NCBI GenBank assembly: GCA_965243395.1
Contig: CBDEUS010000001.1
Coordinates: 928,001-992,000 of the forward strand
Direction: 5' to 3'
DNA from: Gammaproteobacteria bacterium
GTDB taxonomy: Bacteria; Pseudomonadota; Gammaproteobacteria; UBA4575
Length of the DNA: 64,000 nt
Position 1 is the first letter of the stretch, and every line of letters begins with the position of its first letter. Below the pieces are notes generated by a model. It saw only the letters and a list, made by a program, of their open reading frames with translations. It was not told the DNA's origin and made no database searches. The position numbers and the translations under genes were made by a program. This document shows positions 18,958 to 29,214 of this stretch, piece by piece.

Positions 18958-19374
18958 GTGCACTTATCATACCGAATTCTATTCGTTCTCTTTTTAATAT
19001 CTATCTCAACAATAGTATTTTCCGAGCAAGATGATCCTGTTGTTACTGGATCCAAAACATTTAAAGCAAAATGTGCTTCATGTCATGGAGATGATGCTAA
19101 AGGAAAAAATTCTAGTGACACTGACACAAAACTGAATGCTCCTGATTTAACACAGATTTCAAAAAGAAATAAAGGCGAATTTCCCGTATCGAGAATCTAT
19201 GCAATTATTGATGGTAGGGAAGTGTTACAAGAACACGGCACGCGCGCGATGCCAACTTGGGGGGATCTATTTTTATCAGATACGATTTGGGAAGGTTGCA
19301 GTCAGGTAGATGAGCAAATTGTTCGCGGCAGAATTTTAGAACTCATTTTATATCTTGACTCTATTCAGCAGTAA
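18958..19374 (+). CDS. monoheme class I cytochrome c
   Basis: Signal peptide, CASCHG, APDLTQISKRNKGEFP, HGTRAMPTWG with axial Met. Confidence 0.88.
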   Translation: MHLSYRILFVLFLISISTIVFSEQDDPVVTGSKTFKAKCASCHGDDAKGKNSSDTDTKLNAPDLTQISKRNKGEFPVSRIYAIIDGREVLQEHGTRAMPTWGDLFLSDTIWEGCSQVDEQIVRGRILELILYLDSIQQ

Positions 19375-19437
19375 TTAAAACTAAATTAATCACTGCTGAA
19401 TAACATTAATTTGAATATCGTTTATTTCTAAGATCTT

Positions 19438-19755
19438 TTACTTAATTACTGCTTCTCCTGAACCGGTTTCGCCAAGATTATCTGTCCAGCTAATTTTTAC
19501 CGTATCTCCAGCGTTTCCACCTTCAAACTCAAATGACCAGTAAGGGTTTTTAGAAACTCCTGTTCCCCATTCAGCAGAAATAATCATTTCACCGTTGAGT
19601 TCGGCTTTTACTTCTTTAATAAAGTGTGCAGGAATGAGTTCGCCCGTTTCTTTGTCTTTTCGACTACCGGACTCCATTTCGTGATACATAATGGCTTTCA
19701 CGACAGTAACGCCATCTTTTAATTTCGCCCTAATTTTCATTTCTTTTTCAGCCAT
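19438..19755 (-). CDS. soxZ: sulfur carrier protein SoxZ
   Basis: HEMESGSRKD, IPAHFI, GVSKNPY, WTDNLG motifs. Confidence 0.94.
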   Translation of the reverse strand: MAEKEMKIRAKLKDGVTVVKAIMYHEMESGSRKDKETGELIPAHFIKEVKAELNGEMIISAEWGTGVSKNPYWSFEFEGGNAGDTVKISWTDNLGETGSGEAVIK

Positions 19756-19773
19756 AATTCTTTCCCTTTATCT

Positions 19774-20223
19774 TTAAACGCAGCCGCCGGCCGTTACTTT
19801 TACAGCACTTTTACTTGAGTAAAGTTTTCCATCCGATTTAACAATTGCAACTACATTGGATGACTCGCGCAATTTAATACGTGTGGATACAAATGGTTTT
19901 GATTTTCCGTGAAAATAAAACCTTGAAATCCAAGGACGAGGGTTTTTATCACCCATAATGCTGATCCATTCAACATTTTCCAAATCGGTTGAAACCTTTA
20001 CGGGTACCGTTGCACCGTTTTCTGCAATTTCGGGTGCATCAATCATAACGTGACCTTCTAATAATTCTTGATCACCAATTAAACCTTTAAGAGCAGGTTC
20101 ATATTCGGTTTCATCAAAGGCTGCTGTAGGCCACTCTGCCGAAAGAATAGAAGGGATGCCCATTGCCGATAGCAACCCCACATAAAAGCTTTTTTCTAAA
20201 AAATTTCTTCTGGATATCTTCAT
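19774..20223 (-). CDS. soxY: sulfur carrier protein SoxY
   Basis: Tat signal SRRNFL, APEIAENGATVPV, KNPRP, STRIKL, C-terminal VKVTAGGCV. Confidence 0.93.
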   Translation of the reverse strand: MKISRRNFLEKSFYVGLLSAMGIPSILSAEWPTAAFDETEYEPALKGLIGDQELLEGHVMIDAPEIAENGATVPVKVSTDLENVEWISIMGDKNPRPWISRFYFHGKSKPFVSTRIKLRESSNVVAIVKSDGKLYSSKSAVKVTAGGCV

Positions 20224-20553
20224 GAATCCCTCGTTAGTTATTCGATTAACTAGTTACGCTAAGTAGCTAATATTTATATAAATAAGATTGAAATAGTGTA
20301 TGTATTAAGACGCTATTTTACCATGTAAGTTCCTCGGCTTGCTCATATTTTTTTGATATACATCAATACATTAGCTTGTTTTATACACATGTTTACAAGA
20401 AACTATGCTGCTAGTTCTAAGCCTCGCTATGGAATTCAAACAGTGAATAGATAGCGTGGAACCTGAACTAGATCATTTCGCAAGGTTGGAACTGGTTGGT
20501 TAATCTAAATTATTGCTACCAAATTCAAATATTTTATTAGCAATGAATAAATT

Positions 20554-21360
20554 TTGGGGAGAGGTTGGGTGTATCCGCTAAACGTATTTGTATTAATAAT
20601 TGGGGTATTTCTGTGTGCTGTTGGGGCTATTTTAATAGTTTTTGCATACAAGAAACGGATTTCTATAATCAGAGCAGCAAGAATAGATGCAGATACCATA
20701 TTTAACCAAAATAGGAAAAAAGCAAACAAACTAATTGTCTTGGCTTTAAAAAAGCAACAAGAGATCGTCAATGATGCCGAGCAATTAGCTATCCCGATAC
20801 GAGAAGAAATACATAGTTTAAAGACAGCAGATAAAGAGCTCACAATGCGCTTGGAGCAATCTAAAAAAATCATTGAAAATATCATTGATAAAAGTTACGC
20901 ATATGCTGCTTGCACAGAGCTTATATCTGAAGAAGATCTGGTTTCAAACCACGTCTATAAAGAAGATCGCAAAATCATTAAGGCAAAGTTAAAGAAACTT
21001 GCAGTTAACTCTATCGATGGTGTTAAAAGCTTTAATTCAGAAAAAAATATAGCTAATTTTGTATCCATTTCTGCAAAAGCGAATATGGCTGGGGCTTTAT
21101 TACTCACAACAGTAGAGATGTTAAGCGCGAAAGTAACTGCGTATAACGGTCATAGAGCTTTAGAAAAATTATCGGAATCTATTATTGCTACAGAAACACT
21201 TATTAAATGCATAGATAGTCGAGCTGAAATCTATGAAGAATTTAAAAATCTATTAATTAAAAGATTAGAAATCGAAATACATTTCAAAAGAGCAAAGCAA
21301 TTTGCCAGAGAGAAACAAAGAGAACTTAGTGAGCTAGAGAGAGAAGATAGATATATTTAG
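20554..21360 (+). CDS. membrane-anchored coiled-coil protein, DUF4041-like, probably truncated
   Basis: N-terminal TM helix, coiled coil, C-terminal EFKNLLIKRLEIEIHFKRAKQFAREKQRELSELERED resembles the DUF4041 helical region; start uncertain. Confidence 0.5.
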   Translation: MGRGWVYPLNVFVLIIGVFLCAVGAILIVFAYKKRISIIRAARIDADTIFNQNRKKANKLIVLALKKQQEIVNDAEQLAIPIREEIHSLKTADKELTMRLEQSKKIIENIIDKSYAYAACTELISEEDLVSNHVYKEDRKIIKAKLKKLAVNSIDGVKSFNSEKNIANFVSISAKANMAGALLLTTVEMLSAKVTAYNGHRALEKLSESIIATETLIKCIDSRAEIYEEFKNLLIKRLEIEIHFKRAKQFAREKQRELSELEREDRYI

Positions 21361-21581
21361 ACTTATATCAGTTAATATTTTTTAGCAGCACACTTAGATC
21401 TATAACCATCTCTTCATTACCGCAAATTCAGAGTTAATCATCAGTTCTTCTATGAACCCAAGATTTCAGAAGGTTGGAATAAATAAAAACTGAATAAAAT
21501 CAATATCTGATTTTTGGGGTATAAATTTACTGATATACGGTTATTTTTTGCAATTTGTCAGTAAAAACATACCTCCCACAA

Positions 21582-21597
21582 TGTGATCCAGGCCACA
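21582..21597. promoter_or_regulatory. CRP/Vfr-like binding site upstream of chemosensory operon
   Basis: TGTGA-TCCAGG-CCACA, one mismatch from TGTGA-N6-TCACA, A-rich flanks, about 100 bp before the first gene. Confidence 0.5.
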
Positions 21598-21695
21598 AAA
21601 ATAATAATGAGAATAAAGTCACAGATTAGCTGACAGCAATCTTCTGTAGGCACATACAAAAAATTACTAATTATTCACTCGGTAAGGAAACTAGT

Positions 21696-22568
21696 GTGAA
21701 TGAAATGACTCGAGAATTCTGCATAGAATTGCGCGGGATTGAACTAAAAGACCGCAATGTTCTAAAGCGTATACTAGCGATTACAGAAGGTCGTACGCGC
21801 ACCTATAGACTAGTTGATTCTACCGAATCCGACCACGCCGATATACTTATTGTTAATGCAGATGACAACAATATAAAAGAGGAGTGGGCACAGGAATTTA
21901 TTGGCACGAATGGAATTTGTATGATTCCAACTATCCTGGCTAGCAGATCCAGACTCGAAGATACTCAATACAACAGCACAAGTTTACCTTTCTTTCCAAC
22001 ACGGATTTTAAAATTACTCGATGAGGTTACCGTAAAAGAGTTTAGATTCACTCCTGAACTCCGTATTGAAGAACCGAAAAATATAGAGATAGAAACCGAA
22101 AAAGAATATAACTCTTTTAACCAACGTAACTATAAAGCTGAATTAAGTAACAAAGAACTAGAAACATTTATTGGCCAAGCTGATATCGGTGTCGATCAGA
22201 ATAGAAAACGTAATGTTTTAGTTGTTGACGATAGTCTGCCGATTCGAAAAGCATTAGATATGAAGCTTCGTTTGATGGACTATGATGTTCATCATGCATC
22301 TAGTGGCCGTCAGGCTTTATATTCCATTCAAAAAACCCGATTTGATTTTATATTTCTTGATGTTGTCATGCCTGGTATCGATGGATATGAGGTTTGTAAA
22401 CTTATAAAACGAAACAAATCAACTAAAAACATACCTGTAGTGATGCTTACAAGTCGATCATCACCATTCGACAAAGTAAAAGGAAGATTAGCAGGTTGTG
22501 ATTCATATCTAACCAAACCGGTTGAACATGAAAAGTTCGAGAAAGTTGTTGCTAGTCTGGTTGCTTAA
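21696..22568 (+). CDS. PilG-like response regulator with N-terminal extra domain
   Basis: C-terminal receiver VLVVDDS...FLDVVMPGIDGY...SSPFDKVKGRLAGCDSYLTKP typical of PilG. Confidence 0.82.
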   Translation: MNEMTREFCIELRGIELKDRNVLKRILAITEGRTRTYRLVDSTESDHADILIVNADDNNIKEEWAQEFIGTNGICMIPTILASRSRLEDTQYNSTSLPFFPTRILKLLDEVTVKEFRFTPELRIEEPKNIEIETEKEYNSFNQRNYKAELSNKELETFIGQADIGVDQNRKRNVLVVDDSLPIRKALDMKLRLMDYDVHHASSGRQALYSIQKTRFDFIFLDVVMPGIDGYEVCKLIKRNKSTKNIPVVMLTSRSSPFDKVKGRLAGCDSYLTKPVEHEKFEKVVASLVA

Positions 22569-22579
22569 AAGGATTTGTT

Positions 22580-22942
22580 ATGAGTAGCAAAGTACTAATT
22601 GTTGATGATTCTAAATTCGATCTAGAGTTATTAAAGACAATTGTTAGCAAAGAAGGCTACGAAGTTATAACTGCAATATCTGGCCAAGAAGCTGTTGACA
22701 AAGCAACTAGCGTACATCCGGACTTAATCTTTATGGATGTCATTATGGAAAACAAAGACGGTTTCGAAGCTTGTCGAGAGATCATTTCCAATACAGAAAC
22801 AAAACACATACCCATCATTTTTGTTACAGGTAAATGTCAAAAAGCCGATCGAATTTGGGCTGAATTACAAGGTGGTAAAGCTCTAGTTGGAAAACCCTTT
22901 ACACCTGACCAAATAGTTAACGAGATTCATAAGCATATTTAG
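22580..22942 (+). CDS. pilH: PilH-like single-domain response regulator
   Basis: VLIVDDS, DLIFMDVIM, DGFEACR, KADRIWAELQGG. Confidence 0.82.
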   Translation: MSSKVLIVDDSKFDLELLKTIVSKEGYEVITAISGQEAVDKATSVHPDLIFMDVIMENKDGFEACREIISNTETKHIPIIFVTGKCQKADRIWAELQGGKALVGKPFTPDQIVNEIHKHI

Positions 22943-22952
22943 ATAAAACGAT

Positions 22953-23498
22953 ATGGATACCACAAACCCTCAACATAACGAAACCTCATGGCTTTTAGAT
23001 AATGAAAAGCTGATTGAAAAACTTGAATCTGCCTATCAAGGAAAGTCGAATGAAAAGGAAAGTAGCACTGTGCTGCGGTGTTATGGATTCAAGGCAGGGA
23101 ACATGAATTTTATTATAGATGAAGCTATAGCTTGTGAAATATTAGATGAAAGTAACATTCATTTTGTTCCAATGAGTGCCAGTTGGTTAATAGGCGTTTC
23201 AAATATAAGAGGCGATGTAGTACCTATTATTGATTTAGAAAAGTTAATTAACGGAGATGATTCAAATGCCGAGTATAAAAATAGAAAGCTAGCAATCATT
23301 GGGAAAGGTGAAAATACCATTGGAATTGAATTAGATGAATTACCAGTTTTATTGGAATTTGATAAAAGAAAAAAAATAAATGATTTTTCTAATCAAGCTG
23401 ATCGTATACAACCGTTTATTCAATATGCATACGAGAAAGATGATGATATTTGGTTCTGTATTAATTTTCCTCCGTTTATTGAATCTATCTCTTTTTAA
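22953..23498 (+). CDS. CheW/PilI-like coupling protein
   Basis: WLIGVSNIRGDVVPIIDL CheW motif. Confidence 0.85.
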   Translation: MDTTNPQHNETSWLLDNEKLIEKLESAYQGKSNEKESSTVLRCYGFKAGNMNFIIDEAIACEILDESNIHFVPMSASWLIGVSNIRGDVVPIIDLEKLINGDDSNAEYKNRKLAIIGKGENTIGIELDELPVLLEFDKRKKINDFSNQADRIQPFIQYAYEKDDDIWFCINFPPFIESISF

Positions 23499-23531
23499 AT
23501 TTAACTATATACATGCTATTAGGACAAAGTC

Positions 23532-25808
23532 ATGATTAATTCAAGCATACTCTCAAACATATCGATTAACAAAAAGCTCACAATATTATTCATATCTGTA
23601 GCAGTCGGTTTTGCGATTACCACTGCCGCATATTGGTTTAAAGTTATGAACGAACGTGAGTCAATAGAACGTACAAATTTATTTATTGAATATAGTAATC
23701 TCATTAGCGAGGCACAAAAGAACTATTTTAAAGTAAGGAGATTTGAAAAAGACTTTTTACTAAGTATCTCAGCTTCTACGGGTCAAACATACAACAATAC
23801 ACCATTAGATGAACACGCAAAGCATGTATCTTTGCTAGAAGATAACATGGTCGAATTGCGAAACTTAGGCGATAAAATTAATGCATCAAGGTCTGAAGAA
23901 GTAGTTATCAACGAGATAGAGATGCCTGTCGAGTATATTCCCGAACTCGTTACACAAGCATCAACTGTTGTAGATAATTATAAAACATCATTTTCAGACA
24001 TCGTAAAGTTCAATCAATTTGTAGGTTTTACTGACAATGATGGTTTAAGGCTGAAAGCAAGACAACTTCTAAATTCAATCGAAAGTAATTTAGTAAAAAC
24101 TGAAAATCCGAAATTACTCGTTTCTATAGCTAATCTTCGATTTAACGAAAAACATATTCTACAGTCAATTGACTTAACCGAGTCGTATGAGAATCTTAAA
24201 ATTGAAGCACAAGAATTTAAAAAAATATTGAAACGTACCCCTCTAAATCTACAAAATAAAAATCTTTTAGTTAACTATATGGATGACTATTTGAATATTG
24301 TAGAAGAAATAGTCACAAATAAACGAAATGCAAACGAATATACAGAGCTTTATGATTTTATGTTAGGCCCAATGTTCGACGAGATGGGTAGATCCTCACA
24401 ATTAAGTATCATTCAAAACCAGGCTGCATTAGAAAAAGACACCATAATTGCAACGCTAGTTGTGACAATTTTATTGATTGCAATAGCAATTTTAATTACT
24501 TCTTTGCTTTATTATTTTGGTGATTCAATTCGAAAGCCTATTAATAAGCTTTTAAACACAATACATGATGTCAATAAAGGTAACCTAAATGCAAGAGTAA
24601 AATCTGATCAAAAAGATGAGTTTGGTGAACTTGCCGATTCCTTTGATCAGCTTCTTGATGAAAAAGTCGCACAGCTCTCAAATTCGGAAAAAGAAAACGA
24701 AGATCTCAATGAGTCAGTGATAGAACTAATAAAAGCTGTAGCACAGCTCAGTAAAAAAGACTTTACTGTAAAAGTGCCAGTTTCTGAAGATATCACTGGA
24801 GCAATTGGTGATTCGCTTAATTTATTGACACATCAAACTGCAGACGCACTCATTAATGTGAGAACAATTTCTTCTCAAGTAGCTGGTGTCTCTAATATCG
24901 TGCATAAACAATCTAGACTCGTAATGGCTGTTGCTGAACAAGAACGCAAGCAAGTTGAACATACTGTGGTAGAGCTTAATAAATCCTCCGATGCGATGAA
25001 TAAAATTTCTACCGACGCTGAGGATGCAAACAAAAGAGCTGATAATGCAATTAAAAATACACAATCTGCATTGACTGCTGTAAATCGCTCCGTTGAGGGT
25101 ATTAATAGTATTCGAGATACGATTCGTGAAACAGAAAAAAGAATTAAACGTCTAGGTGAACGATCACAAGAAATTACCGGAATTGTTAATTTAATTAACT
25201 CTATTGCTGAGCGTACCCACATTCTTGCACTCAATGCGAGTATGCATGCCTCGGCTGCTGGTGAAGCTGGTCGCGGGTTTGCTGTGGTTGCAGAAGAGGT
25301 GCAGCGTCTTGCGGAAAGTGCGCGTGAAGCAACAACTGAAATAGATACGCTTGTAAATAATATTCGTATTGAAACAAAAGATACTGTTACCGCAATGAAC
25401 AAAGCAATAAGTCAGGTTGCTGATGGGACCAAACTTGCTGAACAAGCTGGTGAAGCTATGCAACATACCGAAAAATCGACTGAAGATTTGGTTAAGGCCG
25501 TAGAAAAAATTACTGTTAGCTCAAAAGATCAGGCTAATGTAAGCCAAGAAATTGTAGAAAAGTCAAAAGAAATTGTACTAAATACACGTAAAACTGATAA
25601 ATACCTTCAAAAGCAAACAGTCAACACCAATAATCTTGTTAAGTTTTCCAAGAAACTACTCTCTACAATTCGTACATTCAATCTTCCTGAAAAAGAATCT
25701 GATCCATATAACATTAATGTACAAACCATTGATGTTCCCGAAATTTCAGATGCAATTAAAAAGCAAGATGCAAATGAAGCAGGTAATGACAAAGTCGTAA
25801 ACGCTTAA
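23532..25808 (+). CDS. PilJ-like methyl-accepting chemotaxis protein
   Basis: Two TM helices, HAMP (DEFGELADSF), RIKRLGERSQEI and ILALNASMHASAAGEAGRGFAVVAEEV signalling domain. Confidence 0.92.
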   Translation: MINSSILSNISINKKLTILFISVAVGFAITTAAYWFKVMNERESIERTNLFIEYSNLISEAQKNYFKVRRFEKDFLLSISASTGQTYNNTPLDEHAKHVSLLEDNMVELRNLGDKINASRSEEVVINEIEMPVEYIPELVTQASTVVDNYKTSFSDIVKFNQFVGFTDNDGLRLKARQLLNSIESNLVKTENPKLLVSIANLRFNEKHILQSIDLTESYENLKIEAQEFKKILKRTPLNLQNKNLLVNYMDDYLNIVEEIVTNKRNANEYTELYDFMLGPMFDEMGRSSQLSIIQNQAALEKDTIIATLVVTILLIAIAILITSLLYYFGDSIRKPINKLLNTIHDVNKGNLNARVKSDQKDEFGELADSFDQLLDEKVAQLSNSEKENEDLNESVIELIKAVAQLSKKDFTVKVPVSEDITGAIGDSLNLLTHQTADALINVRTISSQVAGVSNIVHKQSRLVMAVAEQERKQVEHTVVELNKSSDAMNKISTDAEDANKRADNAIKNTQSALTAVNRSVEGINSIRDTIRETEKRIKRLGERSQEITGIVNLINSIAERTHILALNASMHASAAGEAGRGFAVVAEEVQRLAESAREATTEIDTLVNNIRIETKDTVTAMNKAISQVADGTKLAEQAGEAMQHTEKSTEDLVKAVEKITVSSKDQANVSQEIVEKSKEIVLNTRKTDKYLQKQTVNTNNLVKFSKKLLSTIRTFNLPEKESDPYNINVQTIDVPEISDAIKKQDANEAGNDKVVNA

Positions 25809-25843
25809 ACATAGAAAAAATATATATAAAAGATTTTAACAAA

Positions 25844-28800
25844 ATGTCAGACGCCAACCACATAGTCAAACAAATAGAGGTCATTAATGATCTGATTCAA
25901 AATTGGATTGATTTGCCAGATAAAAATGATGAAGCACTTAATGACTTGTTAATTGAATTAGATTTAGTGATCAATTCGCTAAAAATTCAAACAGAAGAAA
26001 ATGAAGGCCGAGAAATCACCAATATTTTCACACATTTTCAAGACAACTTATTAGCGTTCAGCGAATCTTCCGTTTCAGAAAAACATATTGAACTAATATC
26101 AGCCTGGCCAATATATTTGACTGAGTATATTTCAAACCGCAGTGATGAAGAAGTTCAATATAATCTTCGAGAATTCCTAAATAATGATGGTTGGTCAGTA
26201 CGCTATATTGCCTCAGACAGTAGTGAATTCGACTCTCCATTTGAAACGGCCAATACGATAGAGATTAATAATGAAGAAATAGAAGAATCACCCACTCAAA
26301 TTGATAGTCAGATCTTTGGAAATACTACTTTAACAGCTGAACAAAAAGAGTTTTTAGAACTTATTATTGCTGAGATCGTGGATATTCAGGAAACACATTC
26401 GAGCCGCATCACTGCTCTTATATCTGATTCACCAAGCAGTGATTCCAAATATGAAAATGAAATCGAAACCCAAGTTGAACAGCTCGAACGAATTGGGTCG
26501 GCAACCTATATGATTGGATTAAAAGGGGCGAGTAAATTTTGTCAGCAATTATCCACAGCCCTCAAACATGTTCTTGAAACTAAACCAAGTCAGCTATGTG
26601 AACTACAAGAAGAAATTATAATTTGGCCGGACATGCTACAAGCGTATTTTTATGCGCCCAATGATAAAGAATACATCCAGGTTTTATTAGACTATCTAAA
26701 TTTAGACTGCTGGCCAATTAAAATTACACAAGATGAATTAAAAATAATTGAACAAGCATTTGTATTTTCAAGAATAGAGGTTGAAGATCATAATAGTGAG
26801 GAGCGAATACGTGAGGCTATACCTGAAGCAGTTAGTCTTGATAAACCAGAGGATGTTAATGAAGAATTGTTTGATAGTTTATTGCAAGACTTACCTGATC
26901 AAACTCAAGAATTTACATTGGCGGTTCAGCAACTAAGAACATCTGAATTTATTGAACAATTGGAAATTTCAAAACGTTTGGCGCACACTTTAAAAGGTGC
27001 GGGAAACACCGTTGGCATCATGGGGCTTGCTAACATGACGCATCACCTGGAAGATATTTTAGAGGCTTTACTCAAAGCAAAGACCATACCTTCTTCTTCA
27101 CTTCATAATACGATTGAAAAAGCGGCAGATTGTCTTGAAGAAATGTCTGAATTTCTTCATGGAATGGGAGACACACCAACCGATGCATTATCTATTTTTC
27201 AAGAAGTATTGAATTGGGCCAATTATATTGATGAACACGGTGTGCCGAATGACGATAATACGCTGGATGATATTGTTGCTCCTGGCGATGTTAATTTAAA
27301 TGTTGTACATAATGACCAGGTAACTTCTGAACGATCAGGGGGAGTTGAAAGTAGTAATAAACAACAAAGCGAGCAGTCTTTACGCATTTCTACCAGTTTG
27401 ATTGATGAACTCTTGAAATATGCAGGTGAAAATATTATTTCAAACGCGCAGATTCAAGAATTTATTGATCGTTCGAAATCCTTCTCAAAACAACTGCGAT
27501 CTAATAATAGTAAAATTAAAACGATTGTTAGCGAGTTAGAGCATTTAATTCATGTGCGAGGATTTTCTTCACGTTTCCAAGAACAAAACAAATTAAGTAA
27601 TTTTGATCCTCTCGAGATGGACCAATACAACGAACTTAATACCTACGCAAATCTGCTAATAGAGCTAACAGCAGATTCAAGTGAATTTTTGGAGAATTTG
27701 GATGAATCTCTTCTAAAACTTGATAACTTATCTGCCAATCAAAACCATGTCATGGTAGAAAATCAGGATGCCGTATTACGCACTAAAATGGTCCCTGTAC
27801 GCTCAATTGTCCAAAGGCTAAAACGCAGTGTTAAACAGGCAAATAAACTTTCTGATAAAACATCACAGCTCATCGTCACAGGTGAAGAGATATTAATTGA
27901 CAGCGAAATTTTAAATCAATTAATTGATCCGCTCATGCATATTCTTCGAAATGCTATTGATCACGGGATTGAATCTCCAGAATTTCGCGAGAAGCAAGGT
28001 AAAGACAAAATGGGTCTGGTCGAATTAAATTTCAAAAAAGAAGGAAAGTTGATTCATATTAGCTGTCATGATGATGGTCGCGGGCTTGATATTGAGAGAA
28101 TTAAAGAAAAAGCATTTGAAAAAAATCTTATTCAAAAAAATAAACCATTCAGCAAAAAAGATGCGATGAAAATAATATTGCATCATGGATTTTCGACAAA
28201 AGAAAATGTTTCACAACTCTCGGGAAGAGGGGTTGGGCTCGATGTCGTATTTGAACAAGTAAGAGATTTAAAGGGTTCATTAACAATGGAGTCTAAGTAC
28301 GGCAATGGATTGCAGATCGAACTTGTAATTCCTACCTCATTCCATTCTACACAAGCTTTCTTGGTTTCATGTGCAAATAATAGGCTTGCGCTTTCTGATC
28401 GTGGAGTAGAAGAAATCTTGCATCCTGGCGCCGGGAAAATTATCGAACAAGATGGACAACAAATTTTCGCTTACAAACAAAAACGTTACCCAATTTTTGA
28501 TTTACAGAAGTTATTATACGGTGATCAAGTAACTGAACGAACAGAAGCAAGTCAAGTAGTGTTTATTGTTGAAGACGAGTTTCAAAAACATCATGCTATT
28601 TTAATCGATAAAATTATTGATTCACGTGAAATAGTGATCAAACCCTTTAGTAAATTTATTCCAAAAATGTCTGGTTTACTAGGTACGACTATTTTAGGCG
28701 ATGGTAGTGTCACGTCAGTACTAGATCTTTTAGACATTGTGAATACACAGCATTCAGATAGCCCTCATGTAAAGAAATTACGAAGGGTACAAGCATCTGA

Positions 28801-29176
28801 AGAAATCTTTCAGAACGCTCTTATCGTCGAAGATGCAATCAGTACTCGAAAGTCATTGGCACAATTTATGAGTGATCTGGGATTCAACGTTGAAGTAGCT
28901 ATTGATGGTGTTGATGCAATGGATAAAATCCAAAAACAAACCCCATCCATTATCCTCACAGACTTAGAGATGCCACGCATGAACGGTTTAGAATTAACCG
29001 ACCATGTGCGTTCAAATGAAAGTACTCAAGATATACCGATCATTATGATTACATCACGTGCGACAGACAAGCATAAACAAGAAGCCAAGCGAATTGGTGT
29101 GAACGAATATATGACGAAACCTTATGATGAAGATAAATTATTGATGATGGTCAATTCGCTTAGTAATACAGTATAA
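25844..29176 (+). CDS. ChpA-like hybrid CheA kinase (Hpt, HATPase, CheW, receiver)
   Basis: AHTLKGAG Hpt, LEMDQY, HILRNAIDHGIE, DDGRGLD, SGRGVGLDVV, C-terminal TDLEMPRMNG receiver. Confidence 0.92.
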   Translation: MSDANHIVKQIEVINDLIQNWIDLPDKNDEALNDLLIELDLVINSLKIQTEENEGREITNIFTHFQDNLLAFSESSVSEKHIELISAWPIYLTEYISNRSDEEVQYNLREFLNNDGWSVRYIASDSSEFDSPFETANTIEINNEEIEESPTQIDSQIFGNTTLTAEQKEFLELIIAEIVDIQETHSSRITALISDSPSSDSKYENEIETQVEQLERIGSATYMIGLKGASKFCQQLSTALKHVLETKPSQLCELQEEIIIWPDMLQAYFYAPNDKEYIQVLLDYLNLDCWPIKITQDELKIIEQAFVFSRIEVEDHNSEERIREAIPEAVSLDKPEDVNEELFDSLLQDLPDQTQEFTLAVQQLRTSEFIEQLEISKRLAHTLKGAGNTVGIMGLANMTHHLEDILEALLKAKTIPSSSLHNTIEKAADCLEEMSEFLHGMGDTPTDALSIFQEVLNWANYIDEHGVPNDDNTLDDIVAPGDVNLNVVHNDQVTSERSGGVESSNKQQSEQSLRISTSLIDELLKYAGENIISNAQIQEFIDRSKSFSKQLRSNNSKIKTIVSELEHLIHVRGFSSRFQEQNKLSNFDPLEMDQYNELNTYANLLIELTADSSEFLENLDESLLKLDNLSANQNHVMVENQDAVLRTKMVPVRSIVQRLKRSVKQANKLSDKTSQLIVTGEEILIDSEILNQLIDPLMHILRNAIDHGIESPEFREKQGKDKMGLVELNFKKEGKLIHISCHDDGRGLDIERIKEKAFEKNLIQKNKPFSKKDAMKIILHHGFSTKENVSQLSGRGVGLDVVFEQVRDLKGSLTMESKYGNGLQIELVIPTSFHSTQAFLVSCANNRLALSDRGVEEILHPGAGKIIEQDGQQIFAYKQKRYPIFDLQKLLYGDQVTERTEASQVVFIVEDEFQKHHAILIDKIIDSREIVIKPFSKFIPKMSGLLGTTILGDGSVTSVLDLLDIVNTQHSDSPHVKKLRRVQASEEIFQNALIVEDAISTRKSLAQFMSDLGFNVEVAIDGVDAMDKIQKQTPSIILTDLEMPRMNGLELTDHVRSNESTQDIPIIMITSRATDKHKQEAKRIGVNEYMTKPYDEDKLLMMVNSLSNTV

Positions 29177-29214
29177 CCAGTTTCTCACCGCGATAACTTC
29201 TAATTTATTAGTCA

